Of a stretch of DNA of 60,006 nt, positions 1 to 9,391 are shown one piece after another. Under the pieces are notes generated by a model. It did no database searches, was not told the origin of the DNA, and saw only the letters and a program-made list of their open reading frames with translations. Every line of letters starts with the position of its first letter. Positions within the stretch are counted from its first letter, which is position 1. The stretch is from Verrucomicrobiia bacterium (GTDB lineage Bacteria > Verrucomicrobiota > Verrucomicrobiia > Palsa-1439): assembly GCA_049511095.1 (NCBI GenBank), contig JBEKYJ010000003.1:1-60006 (forward strand), written 5' to 3'. The position numbers and the translations under genes are program-made.

Positions 1-217
1 GCTTACCGCTGAACGAACTGACACCCCAACAGATGAACCTTGATCTGGACAGCCGCTTTCGAAAATGTGTCAATCACTGAGGAAAATCAAAAATCTTCCG
101 CCGCATTTCGTAACACCCTCTACTATGTAAAAACTCCTACCCCTCAAATTGGCGAGAGCTTCGTGTTTTGGATCAAAGCATCCGTGCCAACCCACGACAA
201 TCCGGGACAAACTGAGA

Positions 218-403
218 CTAAATCTTGTGAGCGCCGGTGTGAGCGGTCATTTTGGAGGGTTGAAACTTGGCAGATCTGGCGGCAGGCACTGTGACGGCTT
301 GCCCGCATTCAGTACAGTGGATAGTTCCCCCAGCCCTCGCATGTTCCATCACCAAGTGCTTGGAGCACCTCGGACAATCACGCACAAATCTGATGGCAAA
401 CAT
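218..403 (-). CDS. hypothetical small zinc-ribbon protein
   Basis: 61-aa ORF with two CxxC pairs (CPRC ... CTEC). It lies downstream of the TetR gene on the same strand. No family recognised and no clear Shine-Dalgarno. Confidence 0.3.
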   Translation of the reverse strand: MFAIRFVRDCPRCSKHLVMEHARAGGTIHCTECGQAVTVPAARSAKFQPSKMTAHTGAHKI

Positions 404-486
404 CGCTCAGGTCATCGTTGATGAACGGCGGGGGCGAAACGTCTGAATCCCAACATGTTGGTGTCGGATCGTCCTGCTAATCTTTT

Positions 487-1053
487 TCATGTGGGATGCG
501 CGCGCATCCCCTCCACCCAAATGTCCGCCAACATCTCGCTGACTTTGCAGATCCCGGACTTCTGATGCCGGGCCGCGCAGAATAGCTTCTGCTCGAGGAG
601 ATAAGAAAAAACCATCCCTAGGAAACTCTGTGCCGCCACCGTCGCATCCACGGGCCGGAATACCTGGGCCCGGATCCGCTTTCGGATGTACTCCGCCAGC
701 AAATCGCAAAAACTGGTCACATAAGCCTGCACCAACCGCGCCGTCAATTCATGTTCCTCCAGCGTCCCGAATAAGAGCAAGCGCATCAGTGTGGTGTCCG
801 CCATGTTCTGTTCGAGGAGCGCCGCTGCCACCTCGGTGAATATCGTCTTCTCGTCCTCTGCCAGCGCCAGTTGCGCAGCCAGTAGTTTCCGGGCGGGCGT
901 CTCCCGGCATTTCTCGTCGATCACGGGCCAGTACAAGCTTGCCTTGTGCGGGAAGTGACGGAACAGGATCGCCTCGTTGATTCCTGCCCGCTCGGCGATC
1001 TGCCGCGTCGTTGTCTTGTGAAACCCTTGGTGAGCGAACAACTCCGCAGCCAC
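487..1053 (-). CDS. TetR/AcrR-family transcriptional regulator; the conserved N-terminus continues upstream to ATG 1104 but is cut by an in-frame TAA at 1063-1065
   Basis: HTH signature AAELFAHQGFHKTTTRQIAERAGINEAILFRHFPHK. The same frame upstream reads MNKRRIPAVQRHQ-TAA-ILAVAAELF, which is the usual TetR helix 1. The ORF as called starts at GTG 1053. Confidence 0.8.
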   Translation of the reverse strand: MAAELFAHQGFHKTTTRQIAERAGINEAILFRHFPHKASLYWPVIDEKCRETPARKLLAAQLALAEDEKTIFTEVAAALLEQNMADTTLMRLLLFGTLEEHELTARLVQAYVTSFCDLLAEYIRKRIRAQVFRPVDATVAAQSFLGMVFSYLLEQKLFCAARHQKSGICKVSEMLADIWVEGMRAHPT

Positions 1054-1369
1054 CGCCAGGATTTACTGATGGCGTTGCACGGCTGGGATTCGCCGTTTGT
1101 TCATTCTCGACCACCTTTTCTTGAGTTACTATCGACTCAGCTAGAGTTTCGTTCGTGTTACGAGCCGGTTGGCCCATTTCTCCACTACAGCAGGGATCTG
1201 CCAGTGCCATAGGATGGCACTTCCCCGATTGACAGCCGAACCTTGCGGGGCCAGTTGCCCGGCGCGGGATGGCCCACCGCAAGAAGCATCCGCGGCCCGT
1301 AGCAATCGGAGATTTGAAATCCGCGTTTCAGGCCATGGTGTCCTCTCTTTCCCATTCCCGGTTGTTGTT

Positions 1370-4300
1370 TCAGCGTCCGCCCTGTTTGGGGACCGGTTGT
1401 TTCTCGATTTCCCAGCCGCCGCCCAACGCCTTATAGACCGCCACGAGCGCGGTGGCGGTGCGGGTTTCGCTCTGCGCCAGTTGGTCTTGGATTTCCAACA
1501 GCGTCCGCTGTGCGTCCAGCACGGTGAGGAAATCCTCAACGCCGCTGTTGTACCGCTGCACGGCCAGTTTCTCGGCGCGTTCGGCGGCGGCGGCAGAGGC
1601 TCTTAAATAATCGCGCCGCTTTTGGGCGCGGCCAAACTCCACCAAGGCGCCTTCGGTTTCTTCCAAGGCCAGTAGAACGGTTCTTTCGTAGTTGGCCAGT
1701 TCGGCCTCCGTCCGGGCGTCGGCCGCTTTGATGCGAGCGCGGACGCGGCCCAGGTCGAGCGCGGCCCAAGTAATGCGCGGTCCAAACGAGTAAGTGTCGG
1801 CACCGCCGCCGGAGAGGGCGGAGAAACTCTCTGCTGACACTCCGAGGTTACCGATGAACGTGACGCGGGGGAACAGGTCGGCGGTGGCGACGCCGATGCG
1901 GGCCGTGGCGGCCGCCAAGGCGCGTTCGGCTGCGCGGATGTCCGGGCGGCGGCGCAGGAGTTGTTCCGGACTGCCCACGCTGACCAGCGCGGGTAGCGCA
2001 GGCTGCGGCACAGGGGCGGACAATTTGGAGTCCAGGGCGGTGGGTTGCTGGCCGGTCAGAACGCTGAGCCGATAGGCGGTTTGTTTCATGCCAGCCTCCA
2101 GCGGGGGGATGGTGGCGAGGGTGGCGTTCAGTTGTGTCTCGGCGCGGGCCACGTCAAGGTCGGTGGCACGGCCGGCGTTGAGTTTGGCGCGCGTGATGTC
2201 GAGGGTTTCGCGCTGGTTCTCGGCGTTCTGGCGGGCGACGTCCAACTGGTGTTGGGCGCCGCGCAGTTCAAAGTAATTGCGCGCGACTTCCGAAGTGAGC
2301 GTGACGAGCACATCCCGCCGCGAAGCCTCCAGCGCGGCGACATCGGCGGTGCTGGCCTGGATGGAACGGCGGACGCGACCGAAGATGTCCACTTCCCAAA
2401 TGGCGTCGAAGCCAGCGTCGTACAGCGCGTTCTTGCGCTGATCGCGGGTGAGCGGCGTCGGATTGGAGTCGAAGCTGGACAGTGATCGGGTGTAGCCGCT
2501 GTCGACCGTGACGGTGGGCGCCAAGTCCAAGACCACTGTGGTGCGGAGCGCGCGGGCTTCGCGGACGCGGGCGGTGGCGATGCGCAGATCATGGTTGGCG
2601 GCGACGGCTTGCTCGGTGAGCCGGTTGAGGGTGTCATCGGTGAATCCCCGCCACCACTCAATCACGACGGGGTCGGTAGTGAGGTTGGTCGGGCTGCTGT
2701 TGGCGAACGCGGCATCAACCTTGGTTTGTGGTTGCCGGTAGTTCGGTCCGGCGGCACACCCACTGAGGAACATCACTGAGGTCAAGCCCAGCAGCAGCAC
2801 GACGGTGGTGACGGCCGACGCCGCGGACCCGGGCGAGGCTTGGGCCCCGGCTCTTTTCTGCTTGCGTTCGAGAACCTGGCGGATGACCAAATAGAAGACC
2901 GGCGTCAGGAGCAGGCCGAAGAAGGTCACGCCCAACATGCCCCAGAACACGGCGGTGCCGATGGCCACGCGCATTTCCGCGCCCGCGCCCCTGGCCACCA
3001 TCAGGGGCAGCACGCCAAACGCGAACGCAAACGAGGTCATAAGAATCGGGCGCAACCGCAACCGGCTGGCCTCAATGACGGCTTCCAGTCGGTTTTGGCC
3101 GGCGTCCTGCAACTGCCGCGCGAATTCGACGATCAGAATGGCGTTCTTGCACGCCAGACCGATCAGCACCACCAAGCCGATTTGCGTGAAGAGGTTGTTG
3201 TCCAAGCCGCGCGCCCACACCCCGAGGACGGCGAAGAGCAGGCTCAAGGGGACGACGAGGATGATGGCCAGCGGCAGTGACCAGCTTTCGTATTGAGCCG
3301 CCAGCACCAGAAACACCATCAATACGCACAGCGGCAGGATGAAAATCGCCGTGTTGCCCGCCTGGATTTGCAGCAGGGTCAATTCGGTCCATTCAATGGC
3401 CATGCCCGGGGGGAGGACTTTTCCGGCTAGGTCATTGATGAGCTCGATCGCCTCGCCCGAACTGGCGCCCGGCGCGAGGCTGCCAGTGATTTCTGCTGTG
3501 GGATACATATTGAAATGCCCGACCAGCACCGGTGCCCTGATGTCGCGCATTGTCGCCAGCGTGCCCAACGGGACCATCTCCCCGTTGACATTGCGGGTCT
3601 TGAGATTTGGCACATCCTCGGGTTTGGCCCGGAACGGCGCGTCCGCCTGCAACGTGACGTGGTACGGGCGGCCGAGGTAGGTGAAGTCGTTGACGTAGAG
3701 CGAGCCGAGATAAATCTGCAACGTGTCCCAGACATTGTTCAACGGCACGCCCATGGATTCGGCCTTCGCGCGATCCACATCCAGATACACCTGCGGCACA
3801 TGAGCGCGAAAGGTCGTGAGCGCGCCGCTGATACGCCGGTCCTGCATGGCGGCAGCGGCGAGTTTGGTGGTGGCCTCCTGTAGCGCGGCAAAACCGAGGT
3901 TGGCGCGGTCTTCCACTTGCAGTTTGAACCCGCCCAGGGTGCCCAACCCGTCCACGGGTGGGGCGCCAAAGACGCCGACAAACGCATCCTGAATGTTGGC
4001 TTGCGCGATCCTGGCGCGCAACTGGCGCATGATGACGTCGGCGGTCAGGCCCTCCTTGCTCCGTTCCTCGAAGGGGGCCAAGCGGACGAACAGGGTGCTG
4101 GCATTGGCGCTGTTACCGAGATTCACGAGCGACAGTCCCTGGAATTCCTGGACCGCACCGATGCCGGGAGTCTCACGCACCAACTTGGCCACGCGCTGGC
4201 TGACCGCCGCCGTGCGTTGCAGGGAGGCGCCGTCGGGAAGCTGCATGTAACAAAAGATGTTGCCCTTGTCCTGCGACGGAATGAAGCCACCGGGCACCTG

Positions 4301-6067
4301 GCGGAAACCCAGCCAGGTCAGGCCAATAAACCCCACGTAGAACAATAAGCTGATGCCGCAATGGCGGAGCACGATGTGGCGCAGCGCCGCGACGTAGCCT
4401 CGCCGGCCGGATTCAAACACGTAGTTGAAACCTTGGAACAACCAGCCGACCGAATAGTGAATCAGTCGACCGATGAAATCCTTCTCCTCATGGTGCGGTT
4501 TCAACAGCAACGCCGCCAGCGCCGGGCTGAGCGTCAGCGAGTTGAACGCCGAGATCAGCGTGGAGACGGCCACCGTCAACGCGAACTGCTGATAGAACTT
4601 GCCCGTGATGCCGGCGATGAACGCGGTAGGAATGAACACCGCGCTCAAGACCAGGGCAATGGCGACGACGGCCCCGCTGACCTCGTTCATGGCCGTCTTG
4701 GCCGCCTCCACCGGGGCGAGGCCCTCCGCGAGATGGCGCTCCACGTTCTCCACGACGACGATGGCGTCGTCCACCACGATGCCAATGGCCAGCACCAGTC
4801 CGAACAGTGTCAGGTTGTTGAGCGAGAAGCCCATCGCGGCCATCGCCGCGAACGTGCCGACCAGCGAGACCGGCACCGCCAACAGCGGGATGAGCGACGC
4901 TCGCCAATTCTGGAGGAACAGCACGACAACGAGGACGACGAGAATCATCGCTTCGATGAGCGTTTTGATGACCTCGCGGATGGACTCGCGGATGAACGCC
5001 GAGGTGTCAAAGGCGACGCGGTAGTCCAGCCCTTCGGGGAATTGTTTCTTGAGCTCCTCCATCGCGTGGCGGATGGCGTCGGCCGTCTCGATCGCATTGG
5101 AGCCGGGTTGTTGGAAGATGGCGATAGCGCCGGCCGGCCGGTCGTCCAGTAGGGTGTTGATGCTGTAATCGGCGCCGCCCAGTTCGATGCGGGCCACGTC
5201 CTGCAAGCGGGTGAGTTGGCCAGCGGCGTCGGCCTTCAGGATGATCTCACCGAATTCCTCGGGTGTGATCAGACGTCCATGGGTCTGGGCGGTCAGTTGA
5301 AACAGGTTGTCGGGCGGTTGGGGGGCTTGCCCCAACACGCCGGCGGCAACCTCGACGTTCTGCCGGCGGATCGCCTCCGCAATGTCACCAGCTGTCAGGC
5401 CGCGCGCCGAGGCTTTGTTCGGATCCACCCAGATCCGCATGCTGTAGTCGCGCGCGCCAAAGATGATCGTGTCACCGACGCCGGGCAGCCGGGACAGCAC
5501 GTCGCGTACGTGCAGGTAGGCGTAATTGCTCAAATACAGGCGATCGTACTTGCCGGTGGGCGAGGTCAGGCTGACGATCATGGCGATGGATGGTGAGCGT
5601 TTGCGGACGGTCACGCCCAGCCGGCGAACCTCCTCCGGCAACTTCGGCTCGGCCACGCCCACGCGGTTTTGGACCAGCACCTGCGCCATGTTCGGATCGG
5701 TGCCCACCTTGAAAGTCACGGCCAGACGCAGTTGGCCGTCGCTGCTGCACTGGGCGGACATGTAGAGCATGTTTTCGACGCCGTTGATTTCCTGCTCCAG
5801 CGGCGTGGCCACGGTGTCCGCCACGCTCTTGGCGCTGGCGCCGGGATAGTTGGCCAACACAAAAATGGTCGGCGGCGTGATTTCGGGATACTGGGCAATG
5901 GGCAGCTTGAACAAGGCGATCAGACCCAACAACACGAAGAAAATCGACAGCACCATCGCGAAGATGGGCCGGTGGATGAAGAAATGGGAAAATCTCACAG
6001 GCGCTCCAGGTTGAGGTTTGCCGGATGCATCATTGCCTCGTGGACGACTGGCTGGCCGGCGGGGCAC
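1370..6067 (-). CDS. RND efflux permease (AcrB/MexB-like) fused in frame to an OprM/NodT-like outer-membrane factor lipoprotein
   Basis: N-terminus FFIHRPIFAMVLSIFFVLLGLIALFKLPIAQYPEI and an AcrB-like body run to about aa 1065. Next come KQKR, a hydrophobic stretch and a lipobox FLSGC (Cys codon 2756-2758). A 462-aa OMF follows, ending ALGGGWE, with no stop in between. ATG 6067 overlaps the adaptor gene by 38 nt. GTG 5998 (VRFSHFFIHRP) is a plausible alternative start. Confidence 0.85.
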   Translation of the reverse strand: MPRRPASRPRGNDASGKPQPGAPVRFSHFFIHRPIFAMVLSIFFVLLGLIALFKLPIAQYPEITPPTIFVLANYPGASAKSVADTVATPLEQEINGVENMLYMSAQCSSDGQLRLAVTFKVGTDPNMAQVLVQNRVGVAEPKLPEEVRRLGVTVRKRSPSIAMIVSLTSPTGKYDRLYLSNYAYLHVRDVLSRLPGVGDTIIFGARDYSMRIWVDPNKASARGLTAGDIAEAIRRQNVEVAAGVLGQAPQPPDNLFQLTAQTHGRLITPEEFGEIILKADAAGQLTRLQDVARIELGGADYSINTLLDDRPAGAIAIFQQPGSNAIETADAIRHAMEELKKQFPEGLDYRVAFDTSAFIRESIREVIKTLIEAMILVVLVVVLFLQNWRASLIPLLAVPVSLVGTFAAMAAMGFSLNNLTLFGLVLAIGIVVDDAIVVVENVERHLAEGLAPVEAAKTAMNEVSGAVVAIALVLSAVFIPTAFIAGITGKFYQQFALTVAVSTLISAFNSLTLSPALAALLLKPHHEEKDFIGRLIHYSVGWLFQGFNYVFESGRRGYVAALRHIVLRHCGISLLFYVGFIGLTWLGFRQVPGGFIPSQDKGNIFCYMQLPDGASLQRTAAVSQRVAKLVRETPGIGAVQEFQGLSLVNLGNSANASTLFVRLAPFEERSKEGLTADVIMRQLRARIAQANIQDAFVGVFGAPPVDGLGTLGGFKLQVEDRANLGFAALQEATTKLAAAAMQDRRISGALTTFRAHVPQVYLDVDRAKAESMGVPLNNVWDTLQIYLGSLYVNDFTYLGRPYHVTLQADAPFRAKPEDVPNLKTRNVNGEMVPLGTLATMRDIRAPVLVGHFNMYPTAEITGSLAPGASSGEAIELINDLAGKVLPPGMAIEWTELTLLQIQAGNTAIFILPLCVLMVFLVLAAQYESWSLPLAIILVVPLSLLFAVLGVWARGLDNNLFTQIGLVVLIGLACKNAILIVEFARQLQDAGQNRLEAVIEASRLRLRPILMTSFAFAFGVLPLMVARGAGAEMRVAIGTAVFWGMLGVTFFGLLLTPVFYLVIRQVLERKQKRAGAQASPGSAASAVTTVVLLLGLTSVMFLSGCAAGPNYRQPQTKVDAAFANSSPTNLTTDPVVIEWWRGFTDDTLNRLTEQAVAANHDLRIATARVREARALRTTVVLDLAPTVTVDSGYTRSLSSFDSNPTPLTRDQRKNALYDAGFDAIWEVDIFGRVRRSIQASTADVAALEASRRDVLVTLTSEVARNYFELRGAQHQLDVARQNAENQRETLDITRAKLNAGRATDLDVARAETQLNATLATIPPLEAGMKQTAYRLSVLTGQQPTALDSKLSAPVPQPALPALVSVGSPEQLLRRRPDIRAAERALAAATARIGVATADLFPRVTFIGNLGVSAESFSALSGGGADTYSFGPRITWAALDLGRVRARIKAADARTEAELANYERTVLLALEETEGALVEFGRAQKRRDYLRASAAAAERAEKLAVQRYNSGVEDFLTVLDAQRTLLEIQDQLAQSETRTATALVAVYKALGGGWEIEKQPVPKQGGR

Positions 6068-7154
6068 CCGTTGCCGAGCCTTCCTGCGCTTCCACCTTTG
6101 CGCCCGCGCGCACCGCCATCAGGCCGTTGACAACCACCCGGTCCTGCGGCGTCAACCCTTTCAACACCGCACGTAGCGGGCCATGGGATTGGCCGGTTTC
6201 GATGACGCGGGTTTCGACGACGTTGGTCGGGTTGACGACATAGACGAACTTGTAGTTCTGGTCGAAGCCCACGGCCACGTCGGGAATCAGCAACGCCTGC
6301 TCGGGCGGGCCGGCCGGGATGCGGATCTTGGCGAACATGCCGGGCACCAAAGCGCGGTCGGCGTTCTCGAGGACACACCGCACGCGGATCGTGCCGGTCC
6401 TGGCATCCACCTGATTGTCGAAGAAATCCACGCGGCCTTTGTGCGGGAAACCTTCCTCGCCCACCAAGGCCAACTCGCAGGCCAGCGGACTGTTCGTTTG
6501 TCCCGCACTACTCGGGTCGCTGGTATTGATGCGGTATCTCAAAAAAGCCTCTTCGGCGACATCGAAGTAGCCGTAAATGGGGTCCATTGTGACGATCGTT
6601 GTCAGCGTGCTGGCCGCGCCAGCCCCGCCCACGACCAGATTGCCCGCCGTCACCAAGCGGCGCCCAATCTTGCCGTTGATCGCGGCCGTGATGCGGGTGT
6701 ACTCCAGGTTGAGCCGCGCGGCGTCCAAGGCCGCTTTCGCCTCGCGGGCGGCCTTGCTGCGACTGTCATATTCCTCCTCGGAAATCGCCTTGGTGCCGCG
6801 CAACGCCTCGGCGCGCTGGAGGTCGTTCTCGGCCAGTTCAAACCTTGCTTGGTCGCGATCCAGTTCGGCCTGGTACGGTCGCGGGTCAATCACAAACAGC
6901 AGATCGCCCGCCTTCACTTCTGCCCCGTCGGTGAAGTGGATAGAGTCGATGTAGCCGGAAACGCGCGGCCGGATTTCCACCATCTCCACCGCCTCCAGGT
7001 GGCCGGGATACTCGTCCCAGTTGGTCACCGTCATGACCTGCGGGCGGGCGATAGTGACATTGGGCGGACGCGGCACCGGCGGCTTGGGCCGGGAACAGGA
7101 CTGCAGCGCGACCGACGCAACGAGTATCAACAGACATCGGATGGAGGTATTCAT
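6030..7154 (-). CDS. RND efflux periplasmic adaptor (membrane fusion protein), lipoprotein
   Basis: Signal peptide with lipobox LQSCS. HlyD/AcrA-like hairpin and beta-barrel motifs (AGDLLFVIDPRPYQAELD, LEYTRITAAINGKIG). Directly upstream of the RND gene. Confidence 0.9.
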   Translation of the reverse strand: MNTSIRCLLILVASVALQSCSRPKPPVPRPPNVTIARPQVMTVTNWDEYPGHLEAVEMVEIRPRVSGYIDSIHFTDGAEVKAGDLLFVIDPRPYQAELDRDQARFELAENDLQRAEALRGTKAISEEEYDSRSKAAREAKAALDAARLNLEYTRITAAINGKIGRRLVTAGNLVVGGAGAASTLTTIVTMDPIYGYFDVAEEAFLRYRINTSDPSSAGQTNSPLACELALVGEEGFPHKGRVDFFDNQVDARTGTIRVRCVLENADRALVPGMFAKIRIPAGPPEQALLIPDVAVGFDQNYKFVYVVNPTNVVETRVIETGQSHGPLRAVLKGLTPQDRVVVNGLMAVRAGAKVEAQEGSATGAPPASQSSTRQ

Positions 7155-7182
7155 GTTAGTGGCAGACGGGATTCAGAATTGG

Positions 7183-7647
7183 TTATTCTTGCGTTGGTTT
7201 GTACAGCGCGGAAAGGTCTTCGAGCAGCGTTTCCTCGGCAACCACGGGTTGCTCAGGGATACGAATCTCCATGTATCTCGGATGCGCCACGATCAGCGTC
7301 TGGCCGGCCCGGTGGAATTCACAGTGATGCCGCGGTTCGCTGCCCGGCAGGATTTTGACGTCGGGCGGTTCGCTGATTTCCAGCCCATACTTGCGGGCAA
7401 TGGAAGCGGCGGCCGCTTCCTTTTCTGGGCAGGGCCAGCCCTTTTGCCGGTACCATTTCGACCGGTCCTGCGACGGAGTGGCAAACACGGCAAAGCCATC
7501 GGACAACCGCAAAAACCTGAAGCCATGCTCGATCAGTTCGCCTCCCTCCAGATGGATCAAATCGCTCAGGGCATCCTCTTTCAGACGCGACCCGACGTCG
7601 TTCATAACGGCTCGGATCATCAGCAATACACTTGGTTTTGTTGTCAT
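7183..7647 (-). CDS. hypothetical protein (154 aa), likely co-transcribed with the upstream TetR gene
   Basis: ATG 7647 is preceded by AAGGACAAGGACC. The longer ORF up to 7854 overlaps the TetR gene and looks non-coding. No family recognised. Confidence 0.55.
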   Translation of the reverse strand: MTTKPSVLLMIRAVMNDVGSRLKEDALSDLIHLEGGELIEHGFRFLRLSDGFAVFATPSQDRSKWYRQKGWPCPEKEAAAASIARKYGLEISEPPDVKILPGSEPRHHCEFHRAGQTLIVAHPRYMEIRIPEQPVVAEETLLEDLSALYKPTQE

Positions 7648-7687
7648 GGTCCTTGTCCTTTTAGGTTTCCCGGCAGGCAGTCGGGGT

Positions 7688-8287
7688 TCATCGGCGCCGC
7701 ACCGTCCCATCTGCCATACGCAGCAAGTGTTCGACGATCGACTTCCTCTGGCGTGCGCTGAAACAGGACAGGCCGAGCAGTTCCTGCATGTACAATCCGT
7801 CCGCTGCCAGTAACAAGAGCACCGCCAGATTAAAATCCAGTCCCGATTCCACAAGCGCCTGATGTACCTGACAAATGTGTGCCCGCACCGGCTCCAATAA
7901 CTGCGGCTGATTCGCCGCGACGGCCAACACTGCGCTGCTGACCCGGCGCGACCGTTCGTCAGCGTGCAGCTTGGCCAGCAATCGCGCCTTCAGTTTGCTG
8001 GCGGGTGAATTCGGAAGCTCATGCGCCGCCTGTTCGTAGCGTTCCTTCCAAGCGGCCAGCAACTGCACCACCATCGCCTGCAACAGTGCGTCCTTGGTTG
8101 GAAAGTTATGGATCAGCCCGCCTTTGCTGACCCCAGCTTTGCGGGCCACGGCATCCAATGTCAGATGCGCCGCTCCCACCTCCATCACCACCTGCTCGGC
8201 AGCGTGGAGCAGCTTCGCCCGTGAATTCGTATAGGTCCTCATCCGTACCGACTGGTCGGTGTAGTTCAAACTATGGACTCTCGTCAA
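7688..8287 (-). CDS. TetR/AcrR-family transcriptional regulator
   Basis: RAKLLHAAEQVVMEVGAAHLTLDAVARKAGVSKGGLIHNFPTKDALL is the TetR HTH. The start may be the internal ATG at 8242 (MRTYTNS). Confidence 0.85.
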   Translation of the reverse strand: MTRVHSLNYTDQSVRMRTYTNSRAKLLHAAEQVVMEVGAAHLTLDAVARKAGVSKGGLIHNFPTKDALLQAMVVQLLAAWKERYEQAAHELPNSPASKLKARLLAKLHADERSRRVSSAVLAVAANQPQLLEPVRAHICQVHQALVESGLDFNLAVLLLLAADGLYMQELLGLSCFSARQRKSIVEHLLRMADGTVRRR

Positions 8288-8396
8288 CTCGTTTCTGGAA
8301 ATTGACCTGACCCCAAAAACGAGTCCAGAGGCGGCTGCTCCCTGGTTTTGCTGGCGCGGAAATCATGGCCTCCTCCGACCACCCGTTGAATGGGGT

Positions 8397-8543
8397 TTAC
8401 TTTTCCCAGCCGCCGCCGAGCACTGCGTAAAGCCTCACGTGGCTCGTGAGCTTTGCCAGGCGCAGGGAGACGAGTCCCTGCTGCCCTGCGTAGAGGGACC
8501 GTTGTGCATCAAGGACGCTCAGGTAGCTGTCGATCCCGTGAGG
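8397..8543 (-). pseudogene. 3-prime relic (about 48 codons) of an outer-membrane factor (OprM/TolC-family) gene
   Basis: Minus-strand translation reads [48 protein letters not shown]-stop. This matches the conserved OMF C-terminus; compare FLTVLDAQRTLL...LVAVYKALGGGWE at the end of the 1370-6067 ORF. It is preceded by an in-frame TGA and has no upstream OMF body. Confidence 0.65.
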
Positions 8544-9343
8544 TCAACATACTCATCTGACGTCGGTGCTCGAGATTCGACCAGCCACACCAAAACGACT
8601 GGCACGAAACGCCGTTTCGGTTCGGCAATGTCGTCAGGGGCATCGAGGCCGGTGTGACGAGACACGAACCGCCGTAACCGCGATATAACTGACGGATCAC
8701 ACAGCCGCACCTTAAACTTCGGCAGGCGGCCTGGCGGTGGTAGAAGTTCAGCAGCCCACCCCAACCACTCCGCCTTCTCGATCCTCCCCTCCCGCGCCTC
8801 CAGCCGTCGGTCGGGAAACGGAATCACATTCTTAATCCCCTGATGGTTACGTTCGGCGTGATAGTGCGCCAAGTACTCGCGGATCACGTGGCGCAGGGAT
8901 TCCTCGCCGAACAGGACGAACTGCTCCAAGCATTCTGTTTTGATGGTCTTCACGAATCGTTCCGCAAACGCGTTCAGATTCGGGGATTGCGGTGGCAGCC
9001 GTATAACCGCTGTGCCGGCGGCCTTCAGAATCTGGTCGAAGGACTGGGTGTACTTCGCATCGCGGTCATGGATCAAATAACGGGCTCCCACCAGCGGCCC
9101 ATCCGAGCTGGTTACATTCCGCGCGGTCTGCTTCATCCACCCCTCGTTCGGATTCTGACTCATTTCCCCCAGCACGATCCGACGACTTCGCACGTGGATA
9201 AAGAACAGCACATAGTAGGTCGCCAGTCCCCAGCGTGTCCCAATCTCGGTGGTGAAGAAATCCGTCGCCCACAGCACGTCCCGGTGCTGGCGAATGAAAC
9301 TCGCCCACGTGGTGTTCCTCCGTCGCTCGACCAACCTGAACAA
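8519..9343 (-). mobile_element. N-terminally truncated DDE (rve/integrase-core) transposase remnant
   Basis: Integrase-core motifs are present: WATDFFT, IHDRDAKYT, NAFAERFVKTIKTECL, YLAHYHAERNHQGI. The N-terminal HTH region is absent. The tail after about 8740 looks like read-through into flanking DNA. No terminal inverted repeats found by eye. Confidence 0.8.
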
Positions 9344-9391
9344 CGTCTCCCTTGCGCTTGCCTCGGTCGACGCTCCGATTGGTGTTTCTGG

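Noticed and set aside
1105-1369. The 265-bp spacer between the pump ORF and TetR was inspected for a tRNA, sRNA or terminator; it contains, for example, the hairpin AGTGCCAT-agg-ATGGCACT near 1201-1219.
   Set aside because: Only short stems without U-tracts or cloverleaf potential are present. Nothing can be supported by eye.
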